This document shows, one piece after another, positions 48,428 to 60,800 of a stretch of 64,000 nt of DNA. Within the stretch, counting starts at the first letter, position 1, and each line of letters begins with the position of its first letter. The notes beneath the pieces are model-generated. The model was not told the DNA's origin and ran no database searches. It saw nothing but the letters and a program-made list of their open reading frames with translations. Both the position numbers and the translations under genes were made by a program. The stretch lies in contig NC_092353.1 in the NCBI RefSeq assembly GCF_963676685.1, positions 20,371,307-20,435,306 of the forward strand. The letters run 5' to 3'. Source of the stretch: Mytilus edulis (Eukaryota).

Positions 48428-48709
48428 GGCAGCAATCATTTGATTTTCTGGGGGGGGGCTATGGTTTTTTTTTGAAAAAAAAGTTTGTTTCCAGGTTTTG
48501 GTGAAAAAAATAATTTGTTTTGGACCCTGAGTAAAAAAAATTGTTTGTTTCACCCTCAGCTGCCACTATATGTAATGCTAAAATTGAAAGAAAAAAATTG
48601 TCTTCGGTTTGTGCCTAAAAAAATAGATTGTTCTTCGCCAAAGGCGAAAAAAAAAGTTTGCACAGAAAAAAAAACCATAGCCCCCCCAGAAAATCAAATG
48701 GTTGCTGCC
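48428..48709. mobile_element. MITE, about 280 bp, with about 43-bp TIRs (GGCAGCAATCATTTGATTTTCTGGGGGGGGCTATGGTTTTTTTT) flanked by the 3-bp target-site duplication TTA; PIF/Harbinger (Tourist)-like
   Basis: 48428-48472 is the reverse complement of 48667-48709 with 1-2 mismatches. TTA sits at 48425-48427 and 48710-48712. The interior consists of A-run and GTTTG repeats. Confidence 0.65.
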
Positions 48710-49778
48710 TTAGCATTTGCTTAGAGTGAAAGCAATTACATTAGGTATGTGCACTCAAACAAGATTGTTATACGAGTAAAAATAGAGCAAAAATTACATT
48801 TATCTTATACTGACTAGTGCAGCTAAAAATACAAATCTCTTTAATAAGGCCATAAATGCATATATGTTTACCTACCTAGAAAATAGCTGCCTACTCAAAA
48901 TCTTTTATTGTACTGATGTGATCAAGTTTTTTCTTCTAATCATGAAGACTAAAAATATCTGACTTGAGTTTGCCATTAAAAAAAAACCCAAAATGTCTAC
49001 CTACATGTAGCTACCATGAGGGTAGTAAATGCCCTTTACCAAAAGGACGTCCAACGGTAATTTCTGGCTACCATTAGCATCAAATTGGTTAAATTTTACT
49101 GTGATTTGTCTACATATATATCCTTATTGTGATTAGTCAGAAGTCCCAAATAATAATCATAACAGTCATATTTGAATTTTTTTAAGTGATTTTTTGTCAA
49201 AATTGGTCGATTTTTTTATCATTAAAAATAAAGTACATTTTAACGTCATGCACCAAAAATTACTGATACTTTTATTATTTCCTCACTACATGAACTAGTG
49301 ACAGGAATTGCTTCCCTTAGAATATACAGTCCTCGGACAAAAGTGAGTTCCCACTCAAAAAATGTCATATCATTTTAACTAAAATCAATATTTTCAAAAA
49401 ATTATTACCAAGTAGCTCTTTGAGTGATTTTTATAAAATAGATACCATAAGATGCAGAATTATGTCTAAAGTTTTATTGTTTATTTGGCCATGATATTAT
49501 TCATGCTTATTTTAAATTTCTGACGAGGTGAACATGATGAAGAAAAATATTTCTTGAAAAGTTTGCTATGTATTCTAACCAAATTAAAATCGAAAAATTT
49601 GCATTAGTGTTTAACCCATTAGATAATGAAAACAAACCTCACCAAAATTATGGCCAAATAAACAAAAAAACTTCAGACATTTCTGCATCTTATGGTATTT
49701 TTTTTATTTATAAAAAGATTTACTTGGTAATAATTTTAAGATATATTTCGCCAAATCCAGGTCTGTTCGCGCCCATAA

Positions 49779-49896
49779 CAAGTTTTGGCATGCGCATTGC
49801 AATGGCCGGACAAATAGCCCTGGCACTGTCCGGCTAGCCAGACAAATAGTGCCAGGGCTATTTGTCCGGCCATTGCAATGCGCATGTCAAAACTTG
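49779..49896. repeat. Near-perfect palindrome: 47-bp arms (CAAGTTTTGGCATGCGCATTGCAATGGCCGGACAAATAGCCCTGGCA) with a 24-bp spacer
   Basis: The arms are reverse complements with one mismatch. A weaker dyad extends further out (49745-49770 AAATCCAGGTCTGTTCGCGCCC vs 50030-50060 GGGCGCAAACAGACCTGGATT). Confidence 0.85.
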
Positions 49897-49934
49897 ATTA
49901 CAAAGTCATTAAACACAAAACCAATAAAAAATTG

Positions 49935-50330
49935 GGCGCGAATGTGTAGGGTGTGAACGGACTTTGGGTGCAAATGTGTAGGGTGCGAAAGTGAAAGGGT
50001 GCGAACAAGACTGGGCGGGAACGGGAATGGGCGCAAACAGACCTGGATTCACAGGCTGAGGGTGCCCAGCCCCCTTATTTTGTTGAAAAAAATGGTTGAT
50101 TATTTAAGGAATCACTGAAGCTGGGAGTCCCTCCCCTTTCTAAAGCAGTCAGTGGTACACCCTAATAAAAATAGCCACTCCGTTTAAACAACAATCATGA
50201 TTTTCTAATTATTCAACTAGAATTTGCTTTAAAATTGGGTGCGAAAGTGTAAGGTGCGAACAGACTTTGGGTGCGAATGTGGGAGGTGCAAACGTGTAGG
50301 GTGCGAAAGTGTATTGGTGGGTGCAAACGG
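49935..50330. repeat. Degenerate tandem 16-18-bp GGGTGCGAA(AGTGT)-type repeats in two blocks (49935-50040 and 50225-50330) around the palindrome's outer arm
   Basis: gcgaatgtgtagggtgtgaacgg…gggtgcaaatgtgtagggtgcgaaagtgaaagggtgcgaacaag… and gggtgcgaaagtgtaaggtgcgaacag…gggtgcgaatgtgggaggtgcaaacgtgtagggtgcgaaagtg. Confidence 0.7.
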
Positions 50331-51452
50331 AGCTGATACCCACCGTGCCACTGCACCCCCCCTTTCCACCAAATTCTGCCCCTGCAAGTTTAAGAAGTTA
50401 TCAGTCAGTTAGTTAGTTGACATGATCCCGATTACCGATACCTTTTGTTTATTGCTATGCAGGTGAGTGTCAGTGTGTTTAGCCTACCGAATATTTTCCT
50501 GTCCTTCCCTAAAAGTAAATATTGAAATATTTGGAAATTCCCTAGAATTTTGCTGTTTTTGATCATTTGTAATTCAATATGATATCTACCTATGCAAATT
50601 AGTTGTTAACTTTAACAAATTTCTCGTTGCTGTTTGATTAATGCAGCATACTTTGCTTCAACAGGTCCCTGTCATGATGAATACAATAACTGCGTTTTTT
50701 TGTAAAATATTTGACAGTGATCGGGAAATTTATTTAAATGTTTAGGTTAACCTGAATGACTTCCTGTTCTAAAAATAACAATGATCTATAGATTTGTTTC
50801 TACAAAGTTCAAAGTTCAAAGTTCTTTATTTTCCAATTATTTTTTTCAAATATTTTATTGGACAAAGCACATATGATACAATGCGTATTCCAAGATACAA
50901 ACACATTAAACATGACAATTTATGCAAATACAACATAAAGAAACATTTCAAGTACTAATTATATATAATATCACAGTATTACACAGTATTATCACTTATG
51001 GTTAATGGCCCCTGACGGGACATTATGACATAATGACAACAATACACAATACATTCTGATTCTTAACACATAAACATATAATGAAGATAAAATTAAAATT
51101 ATAATTACACCTTATATAAGAATGCCAGCTTTTGATTGGCTGATAGCCAGTGTATTTTTCGCATATTCTAACATTTTTCCTCATTTCAAACGAATCTGGC
51201 TGTTTTTCACCACTGCCGGTGAATATGCCTCAAATACCATGGTATTTGCCATTTTGGATATTCCTTTTTTACCCTCGCGAGTATCTTCCCGCCATTTTTT
51301 TTCGGATATGACGTTACATAAAGACAGCGCGAACGCGTATAAGTACTTGTATAGTTCCCGCGGTATATTTTATGATAGAACTTGTCCTCAAATAAATATT
51401 TCCTTTTCCTAGTACAGAGAGTTTAAATTTAAATGTATTCGGTGTAATTAAA

Positions 51453-51591
51453 CAGATATATCATGTTATGGAGGGGTATTTGCAAAAAATACAAGTCTTG
51501 GGACAAAATTTCCCTTGCCTAGCGGCTCGGGAAATTTAAGTCCCTCGACTTGTATTTTTCGCAAATACCCCTCCATAACATGATATATCTG
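51453..51591. repeat. Inverted repeat: 45-bp arms (CAGATATATCATGTTATGGAGGGGTATTTGCAAAAAATACAAGTC) separated by about 50 bp. Hairpin-forming, MITE-like.
   Basis: 51453-51497 is the reverse complement of 51547-51591 with one mismatch. The loop itself contains GGGACAAAATTTCCC / GGGAAATTTAAGTCCC dyads. Confidence 0.8.
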
Positions 51592-52125
51592 TTCATAATT
51601 CACATGAAGAGGATGAGATAATATCATAATTTATATAATCATGCATATATATCATATATATAAAATATCACAAGTCAACATAAAACAATTGTTATTGTTA
51701 TTATTTTACAGTTATGTTCTTTCAAAGTTTCAAATCTATGTTGGCTAACAGAGGTCCACCTTGTCTCTTATCCAGAAAAATATGTTGAAGGAATAAATAA
51801 TACAAATCACTAAAATCATGAAAATGGAAAAGAGAGTCAGACCAAGGGCAAATGCACTTGGACATGTTAGTAAGTGGAATTTTAGATACCGTCTTAACCT
51901 CCTCGTGACTAGTGCACTGTAAAAGTTAAAAAAAAAAAATTGTTCACTTTAATGCAGAATTCACCAAGGGATGATACTAAAAGGTTTTCACCGGGCATCC
52001 AAAATCGTATGTAATTATATTTACAAATGCATATATATACATAGTCAACACTCTAGCATAGCAGTAGCAGGTGCAAGTGAAGTGACAAAGTCCCACTACT
52101 ATTTAATTAGTATGTTCATGTTTGG

Positions 52126-54066
52126 CTATAAGACAACAAATTTTACATAAAATTCATGATCTTCATTATTCGTCATCCAAATAAATTTTTTAGGATTTTG
52201 TAATTGGGTAAAATTAGGACAAATAGCATTAATAAGATCATAACGTTCAACTTTATACTTTGTACATGTTAGTAAAAAATGGTTCTCATCTTCTACCTTG
52301 CCAGATGTGCAATGAACACACAATCTATTTTGCCTGATAATACCTTGACATCTTCCCAACTCTATTTGAAGTCTATGAGCTGATATTCTGAATCTGGTGA
52401 AAATTCTCCTCTGCCCAAAATCTTTTAAAATATTCAAATAATTTTCAAATCCAAAATTTTGTTTAAACTTGAAAAAAAAGTATGTACACAGTTTGCCATC
52501 TGATAATGATGGGGTTTTTTTTTGCCAACGATTAATATAATGAATTTTCATATATTTTTTACATGTCTTCTAAAAACTATTTGTTTTCATTCACCTTAAG
52601 CATGTTAAGTCAGTATGGTTATCAAAAATTCTTTTTTTCTGTATATAAACAGAGCCATACCAAGAAGGATGTTTATTTTCGTCCATTTTCATACAACTCT
52701 ATGGAAGTTAAATAGGCATCTTTTAGAATTGGAAATCGATTATCTAAATTTTCTAAACAGTGCCAATATTTAAGCATTGAACTGACGATATTGAAATGTG
52801 TGGTTAATCTGCCAAGTTATGACAAGGAGGCAAAATGTGTACTCTTTTTCCCACAACCTAAAACAAATTTACATAATTTAACATGCATTTCTTCACATTT
52901 AACATGTTTAAGTCTTTTATAAATTTCATTTGAAGGAAAAATCAGGGTTTTTTCAATTTTGTTGTAAAGGGATTAAAATAACCCAAAATTTCACAACCAT
53001 ATAATAATATTGGCATAATAGAATGATCGAATACATGTAATGAGATTTTAGGTGAAGGACAGTGAGAAATAAATTCCTTGCACAGTTTAAAATAAGCTTT
53101 TAGACCCTTCTGATAAAGTTCATTTGGAGCATAGCAGAAAGGAGATGTCTGCCTGCCTTATTGAATATAAGTACTTTGGTTTCAGATAAATTTACAGGAA
53201 GACACCACTGTTTTGCAAAACTTATCTAACATGTCTAAATTATCTAGTTTTTGTTGAAAACCACGCGATGAAGAAGAGAGCAGAAAAATATCATCTGCAT
53301 ACATCAAACAATGTATAGGCCGAGAGTTTAGTATAATTGGATCTGATGTTTGTATCAGTAATGAAGGAAGGTCATTAATAAAAATTTTAAACAAGTTAGG
53401 ACTTAGGTTGTCGCATTGCTTAACTCCCAATTTACTATCAAACATTTCAGTGCGAGCAGTGTTACTTGTTTTTATACAAGATTTACTTACAGAATACATA
53501 TTCTTAATAACATTATAAAATTTAGTACCAACCCCTATTTCTAAGAGTTTAAGTCTTTAATAATCCTGTATGAATTACAGTGTCAACAGCCTTTCTTAAA
53601 TCAACAAAGCAGACAAACACTCGATCTATCATCCTTATCATATGTGAACAATATTTTTCAATAATGCATTTTAATATAAATATATGATCAGATGTTCTAG
53701 TCTTTTTTGTGAAACCAATCTGAGAGTCATCTATTAGATTATGCTTTATTAAAAAATTATCCAATCTAGAGTTTAATATATGCAATTGAATAATTGGTGA
53801 TTGTCAGGCCTCTATATATATAAATATAGTATTTGGCCACTTTTAAAAATGTTGTTGCTAATATGATCTAATCCAGGAGCTTTATCCCTTTTAATCTTAG
53901 CAGAATATATTTCTGAGTCCTTTATTGGAAAATCTAGATCATTGAAACATTTATTTTTTTCAGTATCTTCTAGCTTTTTATCAAGTTCTTTTAAACGAGA
54001 GTCCCCTGTCCTCAGTTCAATAGACTCATGAGACTGTGTTAAAAGGGATCCTAGCTTTATATGCAT
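52126..54066 (-). pseudogene. Degenerate non-LTR (LINE-type) retrotransposon ORF2 remnant: RT motif 0 through the C-terminal zinc-binding region, broken by frameshifts and stops
   Basis: Minus-strand ORF fragments in order: KAPGLDHISNNIF (RT motif 0, 53812-54066); GFTKKTRTSDH…VFVCFVDLRKAVDTVIHTGLL (motifs 1-2, 53549-53785); GVKQCDNLSPNLF…LMYADDIFLLSSS (motifs 3-5 with YADD, 53182-53499); FRISAHRLQIELGRC…CVHCTSGKVEDENHFLLTC (C-terminal zinc-binding region, 52126-52551). Confidence 0.75.
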
Positions 54067-55207
54067 GTGTTATCTTCGGTTGAGTATATGTTATTTTATC
54101 TATGTCATATAAATTTATAAAGTGCATATTCTCATTTATCAAAAAATAAAATAAACTTTTCTATTATTATGGTTTCTATTACAATACAAAAAGAAATGAA
54201 TGTGATCTTCAATTTGTTTGCAGTTTTTACATAATCTTTTACAAGAAGGCACATACTAGGGAAATAATTTAAAATCTAAACATATTTTATACAATAATTT
54301 CATAAACTTTTTTTTTTATTGTGTATATACATTGTATATAGATAAAACATGGTTTTGATCTAGCAATATATATATATATAAACTGGGAACAGTATATCAT
54401 AAACATGGTTAATATATATGTTCCTGATATAAACGAGTCTAAATTGAAAACTACGTTCAAACCTATGGATAAAAACCGCAATTTTTATACGTGTGAATGT
54501 AAAACAAATTTCGTTGTAGAATGGTCTAAATACAGCACAAACAACATTTTCCAAAAGACCAAAAAAGTGAAAAAAGTATATTTAAACAAAACGCATTTGA
54601 CTAATATATATACTGTATTTAGACCTACTACAACGAAACTTGTTTTACATGCACACGTATAAAAATTGCGGTTTTTATTCAACGCAATCATAGGTTTGAA
54701 CGTAGTTTTCAATTTAGACGTGTATATATATATTCGACCTTTTAGTCAAATGCGTTTTGTTTAAATATACTTTTTCACTTTTTTGGTCTTTTGGTCGGTT
54801 TATCATTAGTATTCGGAGAGACCGAAGCATGACCAACGGTGGTCTTTAGCAGGGTTGTTGCTGCTGTGTAGGTAGTTTCGTCACATGTTGGTTCGCGAGG
54901 CTGAGAAACAGTAGTTGTACCTTCTGTGTTTGTCAAATGTGTATCGGTAATATTACCAATGGTCCTAGTGGTTATACCAGCAGTATTAAATATCGAGGTA
55001 AGTTAGATGGTTTTTGCAGCTGTTATACTAGTTTCGCAAGTTGTTTTGTCTGTAATCGTAGTATCATCTGTTGTAAATCTGATCGTCTGAATGTCAATTA
55101 TGAATGTAGACATTTTTGTTGCTGTTTCCGAGCTAGCTATTAATTCTGTCGTTACCGTCGATTTATTATTAAATAATTATCAGTGATAGTACCAATGGTC
55201 CTTGGGG

Positions 55208-55648
55208 TTATGCCAACAGTATTAGATATCGGGGTAAGTTGGATGGGTTTTTTTCAGCTTTTACAGTAGCTTCGCTAGTTGTTGTGTATGTCATCGTAGT
55301 ATCATCTGTTGTAAAGCCGGTCGTTGGAGTGTCATATATGAATGTAGACGGTTTTGTTTGAGTTTCCGAGCTAGCTATGATTTCCGATGGTTTATCATTA
55401 GTAATCGGAGAGACAGAAGCTTGACCAGCGGTGGTCTTTACCAGGGTTGTTACTGCTGTGTAAGTTGTTTCGTCAGATATTGGTCCATGAGTCACAGAAA
55501 CAGTAGCTGTACCTTTAGTGGTTGTTACATGTTTCTCGCTGATAGAACCAATGGTCCTAGTGGTTAAGCCAACAATATTAGATATCGAGGTTAGTTGGAT
55601 GGTTTTTGAGGTTGTGTCAGTAGGGTCACTAGTTGTTTTGTCTGTCAT
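55208..55648 (-). CDS. Mucin-like Thr/Ser-rich tandem-repeat gene: 3' ORF segment (146 aa), separated from the next segment by a 1-bp homopolymer indel
   Basis: Same 123-aa repeat consensus as the upstream segments. Ends where a T7 run (GGGTTTTTTTCAGC, near 55255) shifts the frame relative to sister repeats. Confidence 0.5.
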   Translation of the reverse strand: MTDKTTSDPTDTTSKTIQLTSISNIVGLTTRTIGSISEKHVTTTKGTATVSVTHGPISDETTYTAVTTLVKTTAGQASVSPITNDKPSEIIASSETQTKPSTFIYDTPTTGFTTDDTTMTYTTTSEATVKAEKNPSNLPRYLILLA

Positions 55649-55991
55649 CGTAGTAGCATATGTTGTAAAGCCGATCGTTTGAGTGTCATATATGAATGTA
55701 GATGTTTGTGTTGTCGTTTTCGAGCTTGCTATGGTTTCCGTCGTTTCCGTCGGTTTATCATTAGTAATTAGAGAGACCGAAGCTTGATCAGCAGTGGTCT
55801 TTAGCAGGGTTGTTGCTGCTGTGTAAGTTGTTTCGTCAGATATTGGTCCATGAATCTCAGAAACAGTAGTTGTACCTTGTGTGCTTGTTAAATAATTATC
55901 GGTGATAGTACCAATGTTCCTTGTAATTATGCCGACAGTATTAGATATCGAGGTAAGTTGGATGGTTTTGGCGGGTGTGTCAGTAGCGTCA

Positions 55992-57794
55992 CTAGTTGTT
56001 TTTTTCTATCATCGTAGTATCATCTGTTTTAAAGCCGATCGTTTGAGTGTTAGATATGGATGTAGACGTTTTTGTTGGCGTTTTCGAGCTAGATATTGTT
56101 TTCGTCGTTTCCGTCGGTTTATCATTAGTAATCGGAGAGACCGAAGCTTGATCAGCGGTGGTCTTTAGCAGAGTTGTTGCTGCTGTGTGAGTTGATTCGT
56201 CAGATATTGGTCCATGAATCTCAGAAACAGAAGTTGTACCTTGTGTGTTTGTTAAATAATTATCGGTGATACTAGTAGTACCAATGTTCCTTGTGGTTGT
56301 GCCAACAGTATTAGACATCGAGGTAAGTTGGATGGTTTTGGCGGGTGTGTCAGTAGCGTTACTAGTTGTTTTTTCTATCATCGTAGTATCATCTGTTTTA
56401 AAGCCGATCGTTTGAGTGTCAGATATGGATGTAGACGTTTTTGTTGGCGTTTTCGAGCTAGCTATGGTTTCCGTCGTTTCCGTCGGTTTATTAATAGTAA
56501 TCGGAGATACCGAAGCTTGATCAGCGGTGGTCTTTAGCAGGGTTATTGCTGCTGTGTAAGTTGTTTCGTCAGATATCGGTCCATGAATCTCAGAAACAGA
56601 AGTTGTACCTTGTGTGTTTGTTAAATAATTATCGGTGATACTAGTAGTACCAATGTTCCTTGTGGTTGTGCCAACAGTATTAGACATCGATGTAAGTTGG
56701 ATGGTTTTGGCGGGTGTGTCAGTAGCGTCACTAGTTGTTTTTTCTATCATCGTAGTATCATCTGTTTTAAAGCCGATCGTTTGAGTGTCAGATATGGATG
56801 TAGACGTTTTTGTTGGCGTTTTCGAGCTAGCTATGGTTTCCGTCGTTTCCGTCGGTTTATTAATAGTAATTGGAGATACCGAAGCTTGATCAGCGGTGGT
56901 CTTTAGCAGAGTTGTTGCTGCTGTGTGAGTTGATTCGTCAGATATTGGTCCATGAATCTCAGAAACAGAAGTTGTACCTTGTGTGTTTGTTAAATAATTA
57001 TCGGTGATACTAGTAGTACCAATGTTCCTTGTGGTTGTGCCAACAGTATTAGACATCGAGGTAAGTTGGATGGTTTTGGCGGGTGTGTCAGTAGCGTCAC
57101 TAGTTGTTTTTTCTATCATCGTAATATCATCTGTTTTAAAGCCGATCGTTTGAGTGTCAGATATGGATGTAGACGTTTTTGTTGGCGTTTTCGAGCTAGC
57201 TATGGTTTCCGTCGTTTCCGTCGGTTTATTAATAGTAATCGGAGATACCGAAGCTTGATCAGCGGTGGTCTTTAGCAGGGTTATTGCTGCTGTGTAAGTT
57301 GTTTCGTCAGATATCGGTCCATGAATCTCAGAAACAGAAGTTGTACCTTGTGTGTTTGTTAAATAATTATCGGTGATACTAGTAGTACCAATGTTCCTTG
57401 TGGTTGTGCCAACAGTATTAGACATCGATGTAAGTTGGATGGTTTTGGCGGGTGTGTCAGTAGCGTCACTAGTTGTTTTTTCTATCATCGTAGTATCATC
57501 TGTTTTAAAGCCGATCGTTTTAGTGTCAGATATGGATGTAGACGTTTTTGTTGGCGTTTTCGAGCTAGCTATGGTTTCCGTCGTTTCCGTCGGTTTATTA
57601 ATAGTAATCGGAGATACCGAAGCTTGATCAGCGGTGGTCTTTAGCAGGGTTGTTGCTGCTGTGTAAGTTGTTTCGTCAGATATTGGTTCATGAATCTCAG
57701 AAACAGAAGTTGTACCTTGTGTGTTTGTTAAATAATTATCGGTGATACTAGTAGTACCAATGTTCCTTGTGGTTGTGCCAACAGTATTAGACAT
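55992..57794 (-). CDS. Mucin-like gene: middle ORF segment (600 aa; about 5 near-identical 123-aa repeats with consensus …TTRNIGTTSITDNYLTNTQGTTSVSEIHGPISDETTYTAAITLLKTTADQASVSPITINKPTETTETIASSKTPTKTSTSISDTQTIGFKTDDTTMIEKTTSDATDTPAKTIQLTSMSNTVG…)
   Basis: Open frame kept across repeats whose length is a multiple of 3. About 40% Thr+Ser. Bounded at both ends (55991-56010 and 57843-57851) by T7 runs where sister repeats have T6. Confidence 0.55.
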   Translation of the reverse strand: MSNTVGTTTRNIGTTSITDNYLTNTQGTTSVSEIHEPISDETTYTAATTLLKTTADQASVSPITINKPTETTETIASSKTPTKTSTSISDTKTIGFKTDDTTMIEKTTSDATDTPAKTIQLTSMSNTVGTTTRNIGTTSITDNYLTNTQGTTSVSEIHGPISDETTYTAAITLLKTTADQASVSPITINKPTETTETIASSKTPTKTSTSISDTQTIGFKTDDITMIEKTTSDATDTPAKTIQLTSMSNTVGTTTRNIGTTSITDNYLTNTQGTTSVSEIHGPISDESTHTAATTLLKTTADQASVSPITINKPTETTETIASSKTPTKTSTSISDTQTIGFKTDDTTMIEKTTSDATDTPAKTIQLTSMSNTVGTTTRNIGTTSITDNYLTNTQGTTSVSEIHGPISDETTYTAAITLLKTTADQASVSPITINKPTETTETIASSKTPTKTSTSISDTQTIGFKTDDTTMIEKTTSNATDTPAKTIQLTSMSNTVGTTTRNIGTTSITDNYLTNTQGTTSVSEIHGPISDESTHTAATTLLKTTADQASVSPITNDKPTETTKTISSSKTPTKTSTSISNTQTIGFKTDDTTMIEKNN

Positions 57795-57837
57795 CGATGT
57801 AAGTTGGATCGTTTTGGCGGGTGTGTCAGTAGCGTCA

Positions 57838-60800
57838 CTAGTTGTTTTTTTCTATCATCGTAATATCATCTGTTTTAAAGCCTATCGTTTGAGTGTCAGA
57901 TATGGATGTAGACGTTTTTGTTGGCGTTTTCGAGCTAGCTATGGTTTCCGTCGTTTCCGTCAGTTTATTAATAGTAATCGGAGATATCGAAGCTTGATCA
58001 GCGGTGGTCTTTAGCAGGGTTATTGCTGCTGTGTAAGTTGTTTCGTCAGATATTGGTCCATGAATCTCAGAAACAGAAGTTGTACCTTGTGTGTTTGTTA
58101 AATAATTATCGGTGATACTAGTAGTACCAATGTTCCTTGTGGTTGTGCCAACAGTATTAGACATCGAGGTAAGTTTGATGGTTTGTGCAGCTGTTACAGT
58201 AGCTTCACTAGTTGTTGTGTCTGTCATCGGAGTATCATCTGTTGTAAAGCCAATCGTCCGAGTGTCAAATATGGACGTAGGCGTTATTGAGCTAGATATG
58301 GTTTCTGTCGTTTGACTTGGTTTATCATTATTAATCGGAGAGACCGAAGTTTGATCAGCTGTGGTCTTTAGCAGGGTTGCTGCTGCTGTAAAAAATGTTT
58401 CGTCAGATGTTGGTTCATGAGTCTCAGAAAGAGTAGTTGTATCTTCTGTGTTTGTCAAATGTTTATCGGTAATACTACCAACAATCTTAGTGGTAATGCC
58501 AGCAGTATTAGACATCGAAGTAAGTTGAATGGTATTTAGGTCTGTGTCAATAGCTTCACTAGTTGTTGTATCTGTCGCCGTAGTATCTTCTGTTGCAAAG
58601 CCGATCGTTTGAGTGTCAGATATGGACGTAGACGTTTTTGTTGGCGTTTCGTGTCTAGCTGAGGGTTCCATCGTTTTTGTCCATTTGTAATTAGTAATCG
58701 AAGAGACCGTAGATTGATCAGTGGTTGTCTCTAGCAAGTTTGTGGCTGCTGTGTGAGTGGTTTCGTCAGGTGGTGGTCCACGAGTCTCAGAGACAAAAGA
58801 TGTACTTTCTGTGTTTGTGAACTGTATTTCTGCGGTTGTACTAATAGTCTTGGTAGAAGTGCCAATATTAAGAGACATATGTTTAATAGTTGTAACAGTA
58901 TTTTCATCAGTTGTTGCGTCTGTCAAAGTCGTATCATTTATGCTAGTCCCAATAGTCTCAGTGTCAGAAATGGATGCCGGTGTTTTCACTGTATTTACTG
59001 TGCTCGCTATAGTATCCAACGTTTTCGTCGTGTTGTCATTGGTAATCGGAGAATTCGAAACTTGATCAGAAGTTATTTCTAGCAAGGTTATTGCTGCTGT
59101 GTGAGTGTTTTTGTCAAATGTTGGTCCTTGAGTCGCAGAGACAGTTGTACCTTTAACCTTTGTCAACGGAGTAGTTATAGTGTTTGTGGTAGTGTCAACA
59201 GCATAAGATATAGAGGTAAGTTCGATTGGTTTTGCGGATGTGACAATAGCTTCCCTTATAGTTGTGGCTGTCATAGCTGTTTCATCGGTCGTAGTGCCAA
59301 TCGTCAGACTGGAAGAAATGAATGCTGGAGTTTTAATTGGCATTGCTGTGCTAGCTATAGTCTCCGTCATTTCCCTCAGTTTATTATTGGTAGTCGGAGA
59401 GACCAGGGCTTGTTCGATGGTTGTCTCTAGCAAGGTTGTTGCTGCTGTGTGAGTTGTTGCGTCGGATGCTAGTTCGTAAGTCTCAGAGACAGTAGTTGTA
59501 CCTTCGGTGTTTATCAATGGGGTTTCTTCGGTAGTACCAATAGTATTTGATATAGAGGAAAGTTTGATGGTTTTTACAGCTGTTACAGAAACTTCACGAA
59601 TTGTTGTGTCTGTCATAGTCGTACCATCTGTTCTAGAGCCAATTGGCTGAGTGTTAGAAATGAATGCAGGTGTTTTCGTTTGGGTTTTTGAGCCAACCAC
59701 AGTTTCTGTCGTCTCCGTTAGTTTTGTATAAGTAGGCGGAGAGTACGAAGCTTGCTGAGCGGTTGTTGTTACGGTGCGAGTTGTTTCGTCAGATTTCGAC
59801 CCATGAGTCTCAAAGAAAGTTGTCCCTTCGGTATTTATCAACGGCTGTTCGGCAGAAATACCAACAATGTGAGTGGTAGTGCCAACATTATACGATATAG
59901 AAGTATGTTTGATGGTTTCTGCGGCTGTGACAGCATCTTCATCAGGTATTGCGTCTGTCACAGTGCTCCCATCTATTGTAAAGTCAGTTGTTTGACTCTC
60001 AGAAATGGTTGCTGCTGTTTTTGTTGGCGTTGCTGAGTGAGTTATAGTGTTCGATATTTCCCTCGGTTCATCATAAGTAATCGGAGAACTCGAAGCTTGA
60101 TCAGCGGTAGTCTCCATTAATGATATTGCTGCTGTGTGAGCCGTGTCGTCAAATGGTGATCCATGAGTCTCGGAAACAGTAGTTGTACCGTCGGTGTCTA
60201 TCAACCGTTTTTCTGCGGTAGTACCAACAGTGGTAGTTGTAGTGCCAACAATATTTGATGAAGAAGTGGGTTCGATAGTTTTTGCGGCTGTGACAGTAGT
60301 TTCATTAGTGGTTGTGTCTGTTGCCGTAGTATCATCTGTTGTAAAGCCGATCGCCATACTGTCAGATATGGATGTAGACGTTTGTGTTGGCGTTTCTGGT
60401 CTAGCTATGGTTTCCGTCGTTTCTGTCAATTTGTTATTAGTAATCTGAGAGACCGAAGATTGATCAGCGGTTGTCTCTAGCAAGTTTGCTGCAGCTCTGT
60501 GAGTGGTTTCGTCAGATGGTGATTTATGAGTCTTAGAGACAGTAAATGTACCTTCTGTGTTTGTCAATGGTGTGTCTGCAGTAGTACCAACAGTCTTAGT
60601 GGAAGTGACAGTATTAGAAGATAAAGAGGTAAGTTGGAAGGTTTCTGCGGCTGTAACAGTATCTCCATCAGTTATTGCGGCTGTACCAGTCGTATCATTT
60701 GTTTTAGTACCTATAGTCTGAGTGTCAGAAATGAATGGCGGTGTACTCCCAGGATTTGTTGTGCTTGCTATTTTTTTCGTTTCATTAGTAATCGGAGAGT

